Positions 12,480-29,105 of a stretch of DNA of 64,000 bases are shown here, one piece after another. This DNA is from Eledone cirrhosa (lineage: Eukaryota). How positions within the stretch are numbered: position 1 is the stretch's first letter; the number at the start of each line of letters is the position of its first letter. Location of the stretch: NCBI GenBank assembly GCA_964016885.1, contig OZ024751.1, forward strand, positions 18,786,001-18,850,000, given 5' to 3'. Below the pieces are notes generated by a model, which was not told the DNA's origin, searched no databases, and saw only the letters and a program-made list of their open reading frames with translations. Both the position numbers and the translations under genes were made by a program.

Positions 12480-13758
12480 CCAAAACAACAACCACAACAA
12501 CAACAACCAGCAACCCTGCCAACAATAACAGTAAAATGAACAGGAAATTGAAAACGATCAATCAAGATCTTTCAAAGCTCTCTTGTTTTATTTTCTATAT
12601 TTTCTTTATTCTATCATGACATGTATTGATAGTTTGTTTAATTCATTCATTATTTTCAAGTTCTTTCTTCAATCTCTTTTACTTTCATATTTTCTTCCAT
12701 TAAATTTCATTCTTCCCGCCATTATTGTCTTATTGAATTTTTCTTCCGACGTCTCTTGTCTTTTTTTGTGTTTTTTTTTAACGTAACTTTCTGCCATCTT
12801 GGTTCTGGTGTCTTTGTTGCTATTTTTTTCTTTTCTTTTTCTTTTCCTTCTTTTTTCCATTTCCTTCTTTTTTCTTTCCTGTCTTTTCTTTCTTTTCTAT
12901 TTTCACTTTTCTCTTTCTTCTTCTTTTTCTTCTTCTTCTTCCTTCCATTTATTTGACAACCAATCATTTCAATGTTTTCCTTCAAAACTCTCTTAAAATT
13001 GTTTTGTTTAACTTTTTGGAAGACGAGGAGAAGAAGGAGTGAAAGTAAAAGAGAGAGAGAGGAGGAAGAGAAGGAGAAGAAGGGCTCGGAGGAGAAAGAA
13101 GTGAAAGGTGGAAAGAATTTATATTTTTTATTTTAAGGGTATATTTTATTCACTCCTTTCTTTATATTAAACATTGGTTCAATTGAAAATATTGGACTTG
13201 GATTAAAACTTTTCATTTACAGTAATTTTTCCGTGTACCGGCGCTGATAGTTCTTTCTTTCTATCAGTCTTACTTTTTTTCCTTTTTCTTCTTCTACTCC
13301 GAGTCCTTCGTCTTCTCTTCTCTTCTTTTTTCTCCTAGTCTTTCGTCTTCTCCTCTTCTTTTTTCTCCTAGTCCTTCGTCTTTTCCTTCTCTTCCCTTCT
13401 CTTCCTTCTCCTCCTAGTTTTTCTCTTTCACTTCCTTTTCCGCTTTCTCTTCCTAGTCCTTCCTCTCCTTCTCTTCCTTTTCCTCCTCGTCTTTCTGCTT
13501 CTCTTCCTTTTCCTCCTAGTCTTTCTCTTCCTCTTCCTTTCTCTCCTTCCCTCTCCTTTCTCTATTTCTCCTTCTTCCAAGTTTGACCTAATGCCCTCCA
13601 TTTATAATCCAGTCTCCACCATCATTCTCACCTTCTGGTTTCAATGTTTACTTTTCGTAAAATACAACAAAACACAAATTATTTTCTCGAATATGAACCG
13701 GGTGTATGGCTAGTGTGTGTGTGTGTGTGCGTGCGTGCGCGTGTGTGTGTGCGTGTGC

Positions 13759-13793
<35 letters not shown>

Positions 13794-14377
13794 GTGGGGT
13801 TATGTCGGCTTTAGTCTGTTACTAAGTGAATCTAAAGTATATCAACACCAACAGCGAAGGGGGTGTGCATCTGTATGTGTGTGTGTGTGTGAGCATCTGT
13901 GTGTACATCTGTATGTGTGTTGGTGTGTATATGTGTGCATCTCTTTGCGTGTGTGTATGCAGCTGTATGTGTGTGTGCATCTGTATGTGTGTGTGCATCT
14001 GTGTGTGTATGTGTGTGTGCATGTGTGATGATTTTCTTTTCTATAGAAACAGTCAGCTTTTCAGGGTGGATAAATTTCCACCTGGGACGATTCCCCATCA
14101 GCAGGATTTAAAAACAAAAAGAATTAAATTGAATCAGTAAAGATTTTGGGGAGCAAGTGATAAGGTTAGAATGTGTTGTTTAAGGACACACACACCCATA
14201 TATATATATATACATGTACACACATATATATATATACACATGCACACACATACATATATACATGCACACGCATACATATATACATGCATACATATACATA
14301 TATACATGCATACAGATAGATCTATACATGCATACACATACATCTATACATGCATACACATACATATATACATGTAT

Positions 14378-14409
<32 letters not shown>

Positions 14410-14824
14410 TTATATATACACACACACATCTGTATGGTTATATGTATGTCAAAATAAAAATAAGGGAAAAGAAAGGAAAACACGGAGGGTGTGGGTTCGG
14501 AAGGGAAAACAGTAACAAAAATAAAATTAAATAGGTCATTTCTTACGTCTAACACCTTTCACTCACAATATCTTACAAATTCGTAACTTTTTGTTAGAAA
14601 AACAAAATTTTAAAAGAAACTGTGTATCCATCACACTATTTCAAGAGACATGTGTGAGAATTAACATACGTTACTATGAAGAATATAACAACGTGAAACT
14701 CAAGTAAGCCGTTCGGTAAAATACCGTTGTTCACACGAAATATTGAAAACATTGAAAATATATTTTCACACCCCCAAACCAACACACATATATATATATA
14801 TAAACATATGTGTATTTCTGTATT

Positions 14825-14912
<88 letters not shown>

Positions 14913-15037
14913 TGACTATCGTCCGAAATGTTAAGGCCTACTTCCTGCTATTTCAAGCGTTAAACTCATATATTCCTTCCATATACTGTACCGATTGTGT
15001 TATTTCTGTTTACCTACACACACACACACATATACAT

Positions 15038-15073
<36 letters not shown>

Positions 15074-15077
<4 letters not shown>

Positions 15078-15328
15078 TAAGACAGGGGGAAAGAAAAAAT
15101 GGCTTCACTTGTGCTTTCAACAAATTTATTTTCTTCACAAAATCCAAAAAGAATTTTTCTTAAAAAAAATTATTTTATAAATTAAGTTAATTTATAAAAT
15201 AATTTTTTGTAAGACAAATTCTTTTGGGATTTTGTGAAGAAAATAAATTTGTTGAAAGCACAAGTGAAGCCATTTTTTCTTCCCCCCTGTCTTAATATAC
15301 CTAACTGTACCAAGGATTACACACATTT

Positions 15329-15333
<5 letters not shown>
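15074..15333. mobile_element. Palindromic insert: arms 15074-15185 / 15187-15298, 35 bp right tail
   Basis: 1-nt loop (ATTAA-G-TTAAT); (TA)n flanks; only a degenerate GTGAAGA...GAAA motif. Confidence 0.85.
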
Positions 15334-15382
<49 letters not shown>

Positions 15383-15524
15383 ATATATATGTCTCTCCCT
15401 CTCTCTGTATATCTACATCTATATATATTTATGTATCGGGCCGTTTGTTTACACACGAATCGAACATTATGATTAATGTTCGATATAATCCATACGTACA
15501 TATGTGTATGTATATAACTGCGTG

Positions 15525-15622
<98 letters not shown>

Positions 15623-15690
15623 TCTGCATACTTAAATTTATGAAACAGGGTGAGAAATAAAATGTTTAAATTCTAATTTTATTATATATA

Positions 15691-15727
15691 CTAGCAGAAA
15701 ACCACACTTCGCGTGGTTTTCTGCTAG
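15691..15727 (-). mobile_element. Helitron-like 3' terminus (hairpin plus CTAG|T)
   Basis: Minus strand ACCACGCGAAGTGTGGT hairpin, then TTTTCTGCTAG|T; the same terminus GTGGTTTTTCTGCTAG|T occurs at 28126-28142. Confidence 0.5.
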
Positions 15728-15924
15728 CATGTGTAGCGTGTATATTGATATTATACGCAAGTATATATGCATGTAGATATGATAAACAAATAGAAACGAA
15801 ATTGACAGTATACACAGAAATTGAACGAAGACTGTAATCAGTAACGTAATCTATAATACATAAAAAAAAAAACGATATTATATATAAACTGCATTAGGAG
15901 AAAATTAGTGACGGAAATATATGA

Positions 15925-15990
15925 ATAAAGTACCAGTAATGCACTGGGCTAATTGCTGGCCCTGTGCCAAACGTAGAAACAATTATTATT
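15925..15990 (+). mobile_element. SINE family A, 3' fragment
   Basis: AATAAAGTACCAGTAATGCACTGGG...GTAGAAACAATTATT. Confidence 0.85.
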
Positions 15991-16191
15991 ATGTTTATTA
16001 TAAAATGTTATGATAATTGCGATAATACCTGATGATATTTTGAATTAACAGAAATATGACCTTGACGATAATATTTTCAGGATTATCATAATGATGGTGA
16101 CGAAATGAATAGAAATGTTAATATTAACGACAGCCCTTCCTAATAAACCAACAAGAATATCAGCAACAACAAGAAACATGGCCTCTCTCTC

Positions 16192-16256
<65 letters not shown>

Positions 16257-16269
16257 GAGAAATATACAT

Positions 16270-17640
<1,371 letters not shown>

Positions 17641-17789
17641 TGTATATTCAAAGATATGCATATATTTTCTATCATTTTTATTAATTTATTTTCATATTTA
17701 GTTTGTTATTTCCTCTTCTGTAAACGATATATTATTTTTTATTCTCATCCTTTCTCTTTTTAAATCCCCTTTTTTCCCCCACTGAACGT

Positions 17790-17900
17790 TTACAGCGCCC
17801 TCTGGTTACAACTATTCTAGCCAATCAGAAAACAGCAAGATAGTTAGCGTCACTTCATTTAGCTAACCCTGACTTCCTGTCATTCGGTCTGACTGCCATT
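17790..17900. promoter_or_regulatory. Promoter-like island: CTCF-like site, CCAAT box, CRE-like half site, ETS site
   Basis: CAGCGCCCTCTGGT (17793), AGCCAATCAG (17819), GCGTCAC (17847), ACTTCCTG (17872) within 90 bp of unique sequence. Confidence 0.55.
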
Positions 17901-18119
17901 GTCAACTGCAAGAAGATGTAGATGTCTTGCTGAGAACAGGGATGTTATGATTTTGGTGTAGGAACGGAGAAAACTGAAGGAAAACTGACGTAAAATGCAA
18001 GAGGCAATGCGAGAGGATGTGAGAGTGAGTTGAGGCGAGATAGTAAGCGAAAGGGTGACAAATATATGAGAGAAATATATGAGAGAAAGACAGACAAATA
18101 GAGAGAGAGAGAGAGAGAG

Positions 18120-18191
<72 letters not shown>

Positions 18192-19624
18192 TGTGAGATA
18201 GAACTAGACAGAGATGGTTATATAATGTGAGAGATGACATGAAAGAATGCCTGACTATGAGAGAGGGATTACAGGAAAAAGGTTAATTCAAATCAAATAC
18301 ATGAGTGATAGATTGAATAAGACACAGAGAGAAGTAGAGGGGTAGACAGTGTGAGAAGTAGAGAATGGCAGAGAGAGAGAGAGAAGAAATAGATGGAAAG
18401 AAAGTGTAAAAAAGAGAGAGATAGAAAGAGAGGAGAGAGAGAGAGAGAAGAGAGAGTGTAGGAGAGAAAAGGAGAGAGAAGGAAAGAGGAGAGAGAAGGA
18501 GAGTAGGAGAGAGAAGGAGAGAGAAGGAGAGAGGAGAGAGAAAGTGAGAGACAGACAGACAAGCAGACAAAATGAAGCTAAATCAGTAAAACTGTAATAA
18601 ATACAGAGAAAAAAGATGCGATAATAAGAAAGAAGATAGGAAAGTGAGGAACAAGGACAAAGCCAGAGAGAGAGAGAGAGAGTGAGAGCGAGAGAGAGAG
18701 AGAGAGTGTGTGAGAGAGTGTGAGAGTGAGAGAGAGAAAGAGAGAGACTGACGGAGTTAAAGACGGTGAAATGTGTAAAACGATAGAAATATACGCAGTG
18801 TTTTAAGATTCTTGCAAACGTGCTTAACCAAATGTTGGAACTTTTCGGCGCTAGTGTATCTATTGACGTATAAACTAGAGATCTCTGGCAGATTTATCTA
18901 CAACAATCTCTATCTCACGTGATACATCATAGAATGGGTCAGATCTGGTTGCAACGTCAAAGCAAGCAGAGTAGTGGGGGGCATTATATAGACAGTAGGT
19001 TTGGCTGGAGCCAAGAGCCCTGCAATAGTTAAAGGGCCTTAAATTTATGTTTTTTCTAACAAATAATAAAAGAAGCGCTCCGATGAAATTGTCAGCCCAC
19101 AGCCCCAATGAAGCTTAATCAGCCAACCGAGGGGAAAGTCCATGATGTACAACTGAAAGAAAAAAGGGGAAAATGTTATCAATAGATTGAACCAAGGAAA
19201 AGGGCTTCTATTCCTCTATCGAGTGCTTATATTATATGCCAGTCACCAAGGTTGGCAGAGGTGAGATTAAAGTTCCGAACATACAGAGTTGGTATAGACA
19301 CCTCAGATATTCGGGTGCATCTCTCTAATAATTTCACTAATTACATTGTATTTTTGGACTATATAATTTCTTTTTAACACCGAAAGGATGAAAGCAGAGT
19401 AGACTTATATGGGATTTGAACTCGCAGCGCATAGTCCGGAGTGAATATGATATAATCGACATCCTACGTACATATATAAATAGATAGTTAGATAGTTAGA
19501 TAAATAGATAGATAAATAGTTATATAGTAGATAGATAAATAGTTAGATAGATAAATAGATTGATAGATAATTAAATAGATAGATAGATGGATTTCTTTAT
19601 TATAGATTGATAGATAGCTAGAAC

Positions 19625-19721
<97 letters not shown>

Positions 19722-20540
19722 ATTTTAGATAGATAGATAGATAGATAGATAGAAAGACAGATAGATAACACAAGGGAGGATATATATATATATAGGTACA
19801 CGCATATATAAATGTATGTCCCTCTCTCTCTCTCTTTATATATATAGGTATGCATGTGTACATACATGTTTATATATACATATATGTGTGGGCCTCTGTG
19901 TGTGTGTACACAGAGAACAAAATGGAGGAAATGAGAATAAGATATATGATGATCATCAGTTAAACGACAAGAATAACCGTTATAAAAAGACAGCGACATC
20001 AACAAGAACAACAACAACAACAACAACAACAGCAACAACAACAACACCTATAGTAAAAAAAAACAATACAACAACTACAATAACAAAACCCACCAACCAG
20101 TAATAAAGAAGAACAGCTATAGCAATAACGTAATATGACAATCGCAATGAAGGCAAAGATTATGTTGATGATAATAATGATAGTGACAGTGACAACAAAG
20201 ATGGCGACGATCGTAGAAGGCTAGGAAGAGAGTTAGAAAGAAAAATATGATGATAGTTCGACAGGAAGGAAGACAACGCCATGAGATACCGTGTGAGAGG
20301 AAGTTGATAGAGAAGGAATGATACAAAAAAAATGTAAACTATACACGATATGAAAAACCTAACAAAAAGAGACTCAAACAAAAATACGTGAGACGAAATG
20401 TAAGGAGACTTAATACAATATATATATATGTTTGTATGTAAGTATATATATGTATGTATATATATATATATGTGTGTTTGTGAATACCTGAGTAGATCAA
20501 TATATATATATACATATATATATATGACTATATATGACTT

Positions 20541-20583
<43 letters not shown>

Positions 20584-20615
20584 TATATATAGATACATAT
20601 ATTATTCATATATAC

Positions 20616-20687
<72 letters not shown>

Positions 20688-20698
20688 TAGATATAAAA

Positions 20699-20752
<54 letters not shown>

Positions 20753-20800
20753 TTATATAGATACATATATATATAAATATATGTATATACATGCATATAG

Positions 20801-20912
<112 letters not shown>

Positions 20913-20947
20913 TTATACATACATACATACATACGTACATACATACA

Positions 20948-20979
<32 letters not shown>

Positions 20980-21263
20980 CATACATGTATATTATTATCA
21001 ACATTGATGCATATATGTCCCAGAAATGCAAATATACATTCACACAGACATACGTACCGCGCTGAAAAAAATCTTATCCATTCGCAAACACAGATCTAAA
21101 AATACATTTGCCTTCACGCAACTATTTCAAAATTACGGAAGTTAATATTACAGCAGGGCGGAAAATATCATATACTTATTGTTATGTCTGTACGTAAGGT
21201 AGAGTGTATATAAGGATGCGTATGTATATGAGGATGTATCTATGTAATATATAGAGACATACA

Positions 21264-21310
<47 letters not shown>

Positions 21311-21359
21311 ATTAGCATATATATATATTGATACATACTTACATATATATTCATACATA

Positions 21360-21432
<73 letters not shown>

Positions 21433-21756
21433 ATATAGGAAAGATATATGTATGTATGCATATATATATATATACATACAAACATACATATATATATACA
21501 TATATATATATACATACAAACATACATATATATATACATATATATATACATACATACATATATATATAGATATATATGTATATATATATGTATATATATA
21601 TATATATGTATGTATATATATATATGTATATATATATATATGTATATATGTATGTTTGTATGTATATATACCCCCCTCCCCCCACTCTCAAGATCGTGAA
21701 ACTAATAAACCTTTATTTGTACTGCCCCTCTGTTTTGTTCCCGTTCCATTTTTCAC

Positions 21757-21790
<34 letters not shown>

Positions 21791-22001
21791 TATATATATT
21801 TGTGTATGTGTGTGTATCTGTGTGTGTGAGTCTATGTACTTTTGAATAAGTAAATCTAATGTGTATATATATTCAATTAATTCTGACGGTGCGTGTGTAT
21901 AAATATATTATTGTTTTATGTGTTTGTTTGTTTCGAATTTATTTGTATGTGTATGAATGTGTGTATGTACATTTGTATAAGTATTTCTCACTTAATGTGT
22001 A

Positions 22002-22068
<67 letters not shown>

Positions 22069-22235
22069 TTGATTGTGCCAGTGTGAGTATGTATTTGTCG
22101 TTGTTTCATACGTACGTATTTTTGCATGTGTGCGCGTGCATGCATTCTTATGTCTTTGTGTGGATGTGTATTCGTATTTGGGTGCGTGCGTGCTTGTGTG
22201 TTGTGTGTGTGTTGTGTGTTTGTGTGTGTGTGTAT

Positions 22236-22290
<55 letters not shown>

Positions 22291-22429
22291 TGTACCTACA
22301 TAAATGTATTTCATATGTGATATCCGTAACTAATTTCCTTCCGGATCCGAACGAATTCTCGTTGTAGGCGAGACTTGAAGGGAAATCACGTCTCTCTGAT
22401 TTACGTTTGCTTTGTTTTCTTTTTCTAAT

Positions 22430-22486
<57 letters not shown>

Positions 22487-22598
22487 CACAGTGTGAATAT
22501 ATATGTACTTTGCATATAATATCTCTCTATCTATTTGGGTGTTTTGCTGTCCATATATCTAGCTAACAATTTATCTATATATTTATCTCTCTCTCTCT

Positions 22599-22659
<61 letters not shown>

Positions 22660-23230
22660 TATCCGTCTATCTATGGAATACTCATCCACTTAAATTGTTA
22701 TGCAGTATGGATTATTCATCATCGAAACTGGCGGAGGATTTTATTGAAATTCACACCAAACATGTTCTATGTAATATAACCGTGTTTGGAACACAGGTGA
22801 AATAATGATCTTACATGAAATAGTTTTAGATAAATATGAACACTTTAAATGAATGATAACTAGGGATATTTTCTGACTGTGTGGTAAAAAAAGGGGGATA
22901 ATTAACCAACTCATAGGAAGATGTAACTCACCCTGTTAGTGATCTGCAACTCCGTCGCATAATAATTTAATGCGTCGGGCTAAGATGTTTTTGGTCTTGT
23001 TATACGCATTTTTTTATGTATAATGAATGCCCGTTTAAAATAATTTAATGTACGAGATGCTTCATTTATCAATATTCTCATTTAATTAATATATTTTGCA
23101 ATTGTTTACTGCCATTTGTATATATATATATATACAAATGGCAGTAAAATATACACACATATGTATATATGCACACACGCACACATGCATATATGCACAC
23201 ACACAAACACACACATATATATACATATAT

Positions 23231-23276
23231 CTGTTGAAACGGCAGGAGCTCAACCGTCGGGGTCCCGATTCCTTCA
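23231..23276 (+). mobile_element. 'GAGCTC' family pLTR fragment (hammerhead 3' half)
   Basis: CTGTT-GAAAC-GGCAGGAGCTCAACC-GTC-GGGG between TA tracts. Confidence 0.6.
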
Positions 23277-23310
23277 TATATATATATATATATATATATA
23301 TTAGCCCTAG

Positions 23311-23389
23311 TTCTCTGATGAACTTTGATTTTCCATTAGAAATCCATTGGATTTCTGGTGTTTTACAAAGCGAAACCGATCGGTCAGGG
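23311..23389 (+). ncRNA. Type-I hammerhead ribozyme with extended stem II (insert ~23301-23475)
   Basis: TTCT-CTGATGA-(A)CTTTG...CATTAGAAATCCA/TGGATTTCTGGTG...CAAAG(C)-GAAAC-CGATCG-GTC-AGGG; palindromic stem III ACCGATCGGT; (TA)n flanks. Confidence 0.8.
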
Positions 23390-23470
23390 CGAAAAGGATA
23401 GGTAAATATTTAAATTATATTTTTTAATTTATTTTAAAAAATTGGTTGAATTTTGCTTGTTCTGCTTATC

Positions 23471-23771
<301 letters not shown>

Positions 23772-24154
23772 CAGACAGACAGATTGGTAGATAGATGGAT
23801 AGATAGATAGATAGATAGAGAGAGAGCGATAGATTGGTTGATAGGTAGATCTATATATAAATAAGTGCGTGCGTGTGTTGAATATGAGCGAGAAAGCGAA
23901 TCTGTGTGTGTGTGTGTGTGTATGTTACTAACTGAAAGACAACGGTACATGTACATATAACAGCAATGCCACCCTCATTTCATACGACACCCCATTTACC
24001 AAAAATGTGTTTTTAGCTCATTTTCTATTTTAAGAATTACTTTACTATTTGAAACTACACATCAGACTTTTTGATCAAACAAGAAATAAGAGAGAATGAG
24101 ATGAAAAGAGTAGGTAACATAATGAAATGGTGAGAGTGGGAGAGAGAAAAGAGA

Positions 24155-24169
24155 GAGAAGAGATGGGCC

Positions 24170-24233
<64 letters not shown>

Positions 24234-24239
24234 TGGGCC

Positions 24240-24277
<38 letters not shown>

Positions 24278-24283
24278 TGGGCC

Positions 24284-24323
<40 letters not shown>

Positions 24324-24329
24324 TGGGCC

Positions 24330-24389
<60 letters not shown>

Positions 24390-24394
24390 TGGGC

Positions 24395-24434
<40 letters not shown>

Positions 24435-24474
24435 ATGGGCCTAAAAGAAAGAGAGAGAGAGAGGAGATGGGCCT

Positions 24475-24524
<50 letters not shown>

Positions 24525-24570
24525 ATGGGCCTAAGAGAGAGAGAGAGAGAGAGAGAGAGGAGATGGGCCT

Positions 24571-24608
<38 letters not shown>

Positions 24609-24680
24609 ATGGGCCTAAGAGAGAGAGAGAGAGAGAGAGAGGAGATGAGCCTAAGAGAAAGAGAGAGAGAGAGAGAGAGA
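24155..24680. repeat. (GA)n array punctuated 11 times by GATGGGCCTAA
   Basis: Constant 11-mer separated by variable-length GA runs. Confidence 0.9.
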
Positions 24681-24897
24681 GTGGGGAGATTGGCCAATGA
24701 GAAAAAGAAGTAATTATATATAAACTAAACAGCAACAGCAGCAGCAGCAGCAGCACTAGCATAAGCAGCAACATCATTTCTGTAAAAATTACGACAACTA
24801 CAACTGCAACAACATCAAGAAAATAACTACCACTACTTTTATATTAATTATATTAATGATGACGACGAAGAATATTATGATGATAATAATGATGATG

Positions 24898-24934
<37 letters not shown>

Positions 24935-24949
24935 CAACAATTATTGTTA

Positions 24950-24994
<45 letters not shown>

Positions 24995-25304
24995 GCATAA
25001 ACAGAAACGACATCAAATGAAAGAATTGTGAAGGAAAAAAAAATGAAAAGCAGGAAAAAAAAACAAACAAACGCCCAAACTATAATAACATCAATGACAA
25101 CTGCGAAAAGAACAACAGAAAACGAAGTTTAATACTAAATAAATATAAATAACTATAAATATAAAATACTATACAACTAAATATAGAACATAATATATGA
25201 ATAAACAACCAAAAAATATGTAAATAAATAAATATACAATTAAATAAATAAATGAGAGTATATTAGAAAAAAAATACAACGAAGTGTTTCTTTCACTGAT
25301 CTTG

Positions 25305-25370
25305 CCCTTCCGCCATTTTGATTTTGTTATAATCAAGCTTCATTTGACTTGGCCACTTCCGGTAAAAATC
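25305..25370. promoter_or_regulatory. Promoter-like island: YY1 motif plus ETS/GABP motif
   Basis: CCGCCATTTTG at 25310 and CACTTCCGGT at 25354. Confidence 0.5.
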
Positions 25371-25537
25371 AATGTGCCGAGAGAAAGTGAGAAAGGAAGA
25401 TGGTAGAAGCCAAGACAGCGTTACCTACTGCTGCCAGACTTCAATTATGTTTTCTGTTCCATGATTTTTTTAAAAACTATACATAAATATATGCATGCAT
25501 GCTTATATACACACGTACATATACACACATATATATA

Positions 25538-25575
<38 letters not shown>

Positions 25576-25894
25576 CGCAAATATATATACCATATACATA
25601 CTTACGTAAATACATACATTCATATATATATATATATATATACATATATGTATGCATGTAAGTGTATACATACATAACATATATATTTGCCTAAATACAT
25701 ACGTGCATGTATATATATATTATATATATATATGCTATAACTTAGATATTTGGTGTGTGTATGTATGAAGCTTTTGTTAATTACCTGTTTTACATTATTT
25801 TTTATGGATGTAGAAATGGGATATATATGTATGAGAGTGTGTATGTGTACATGTGAGAACATACGTGTGTGTGCATGTTGCATATCTATATTAA

Positions 25895-25954
<60 letters not shown>

Positions 25955-26051
25955 ACCGAATGTCTTTGCTTTAAAGAATTATATGTTGAAAAAACTAACA
26001 AAGGAAAAGAAGAACAAAAAATGACTCAGAAGAAATTAAGAAATGCTTGCG

Positions 26052-26082
<31 letters not shown>

Positions 26083-26753
26083 AGTTGAGTCCTCAGAAGG
26101 CTCAGTTCGTGTAACCTCATGATGAAAAGCATTCCATGATAAAACTGTCTTATATTTTCAGGGATAATTTACTCCAGGCTACATTAACCAACACGTTAAT
26201 TTTCGAAGGCAATAGGGTGTGATTTAGAGAAGTCTGACTTCTATTTCTTGCAGCTTAAATGTCCCAAATCCAATGCCAAAACAGAATGACAAATGCACCA
26301 TTAAAATGTCACTGTCAGAAAATCAACATCATGTCAGCATTGTTACAACACCATCACAACATAACAGTAACAAAGGCACCATTATAACACCACTTTTTTT
26401 TATGTTCATTTTGAACCTCTGATGCTTAACACAACAAAATTATAAGGAAACGAAAACTATTTTTGCGAAAGTAATAAAGGCATGGCCATCACAGATTTAA
26501 ACTGATAACACTACCATCTCAACATGACGAACACAAATCCGCCATCACAACATTGATGTTACGAAAACATCACATCACTATCATGGCGATATTACAATGA
26601 TAACACCACCGTTTCAATTCCATCATCAAAACATCACCATCACAATGCAACCATTAAACAGCGCTATCAAAACATCACTATGACAACATTATAATTTCAA
26701 CACCACAATCACTATATTACTATCATAACACTATCATCAAAATATCATTATCT

Positions 26754-26938
26754 GACGGTGAATTGGCAGTATCGGTAGAGGGTCGGACATGCTTTCCAGC
26801 ATAGTTACGTCCCTTTACGATCTGAGTTCAAATCCTGCCGAGGTTAACTTTGCCTTTCATCCTTACGGGGTCGATAAAATAAAGTACCAGTAATGTACTG
26901 GGTATTTGCTGGCCTTGTGCCAAAAGTAGAAACAATTA
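26754..26938 (+). mobile_element. SINE family A, full length (3' fragment follows at 26995-27046)
   Basis: Consensus match from head to tail. Confidence 0.92.
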
Positions 26939-27294
26939 TACAATATATATATATATATATGTCGTGTAGACATGGATAAATACATAGGTATGTGCCAGTA
27001 ATGTACTGGGTAATTGCTGGCCTTGTGCCAAAAATAGAAACAATTATCTAAACATCATCTCACAGCATAACCAAATTATTAGGCGCAGTTTAATTAAGTG
27101 TCAACCATAACTCCATCTACCCTAGTAGTTTACCGGTGTATAACGGGAGTTGCTTATTCGTCCGGCAGGAGGCCTCTTTTATCGCAACTAACCACCATAT
27201 CTGGTAGCCGTATCGCAATCCACCACATGCTGCCGGTTCTCAAGCGGAACAGTGAGTTATGATTATGAAAAACCTATTATTAATATCTATACAG

Positions 27295-27481
27295 GGCGGT
27301 GAATTGGCGGTATCAGTAGAGGGTTGGACGCCATGCTTTCTAGCATAGTTACGTCCCTTTACAGTCTGAGTTCAAATCCCTCCGAGGTTAACTTTGCCTT
27401 TCATCCTTACGGGGTCGATAAAATAAAGTACCAGTAATGTACTGGGTAATTGCTGGCCTTGTGCCTAAAGTAGAAACAATT
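27295..27481 (+). mobile_element. SINE family A, full length, with TSD
   Basis: Flanked by direct TTAATATCTATACAG. Confidence 0.93.
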
Positions 27482-27534
27482 AATATCTATACAGCCGATG
27501 TTAAAGTTAAGATTCTGTGAAATAATCTATTATA

Positions 27535-27716
27535 TAATTGTTTCTACTTTTGGCACAAGGCCAGCAATTACCCAGTGCATTACTGGTACTTTATTTTATC
27601 GACCCCGTAAGGATGAAAGGCAAAGTTAACCTTGGCGGGATTTGAACTCAGAATGGAAAGGGCCGAAACTCTATGCGTCAAAGCATGGCGTCCGACCCTC
27701 TACCGATACTGCCAAT
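27535..27716 (-). mobile_element. SINE family A (subfamily 2), with TSD
   Basis: Flanked by AATAATCTAT(T/A)ATATAA. Confidence 0.92.
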
Positions 27717-27810
27717 AATCTATAATATAATAAAGGGAGGAGTGGAGGACAGCGTCCGTTTTATATGTTTTTATCCCGTTAGTAAAATAAGTTGGATTAC
27801 TTTGAATAAA

Positions 27811-27998
27811 TAATTGTTTCTACATTTGGCACAAGGCCAGCAATTACCCCAGTGCATTACTGGTACTTTATTTTATCGACCCCGTAAGGATGAAAGGCAA
27901 AGTCAACCTCGGCGGGATTTGAACTCAGATCGTAAAGGGACGTAACTCTGCTGGAAAGCATGGCGTCCGACCCTCTACCGATACTGCCAATCCACCGC
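27811..27998 (-). mobile_element. SINE family A, with TSD
   Basis: Flanked by TTGAATAAATAAT. Confidence 0.92.
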
Positions 27999-28682
27999 AA
28001 TTGAATAAATAATGAATGAATATTGTGTAATTACGTAACTCTTGATTAAACACAAATATTCTTATATATAAAGCATTGCTTATTTTAAGATTCACTTCTT
28101 TAACATTTTCAAATGTCAAAACAGGGTGGTTTTTCTGCTAGTTAATCTAATAACAAAAATATATCTAGCTACAATGTGAATACATTGCCAAGTTTCCTTT
28201 TTGGTTCTCCTTCATCCTATCACAATAAAATGTGCACAACACTTTAATGTGTTGTTCTACCGATCATTATAATCCTGCAGAAATCAAACTGAATACGAAA
28301 ATTATTTACGATGTAAATACTAGGTACAATGTTATTGAATAATATCGGTATGATAGAATGATTTTAAAATAATTTGTTAAAAACTAATATAATACGATAG
28401 TTATCGTTGCAGTTTCGCATAATATTATTGATGTTTAACCACAGGACATACCTGAATCACCAGACCTATGATCAAACCTATCTTAAGAGATATAAGAAGA
28501 TCCAGCGAGTCCTATAGAATCTATCTCAACAGTTCGATAGTTTTACAGTACTTGGAACATATAAAACATTAAAAAATTATATAAGCCCATTACGGTGATG
28601 AAAATTATAGATAAATCTGAAATTCCTGGTTTGAAATACTTAGGTGTGGTGTTTTGTCAACACACTGACACACATATGCATA

Positions 28683-28786
<104 letters not shown>

Positions 28787-28787
28787 C

Positions 28788-28894
<107 letters not shown>

Positions 28895-28920
28895 TATACA
28901 TATATATATATATATATTAC

Positions 28921-29026
<106 letters not shown>

Positions 29027-29063
29027 TCGTATGTAGACATATTTACACGCGTGCCTGTGAATC

Positions 29064-29105
<42 letters not shown>

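Larger units (their letters stand above)
27526..28141 (+). mobile_element. Possible non-autonomous Helitron interrupted by two SINEs
   Basis: A|TCTAT.ATATAATAAA start and ...GGTTTTTCTGCTAG|T end; subterminal hairpin partly lost. Confidence 0.35.

Noticed and set aside
18875-19108. 77 aa ORF
   Set aside because: No recognisable family; probably an old repeat remnant
24155-24680. CRISPR-like regularly spaced constant motif
   Set aside because: The repeat is only 11 bp, the spacers are pure (GA)n, the context is eukaryotic and no cas genes are present
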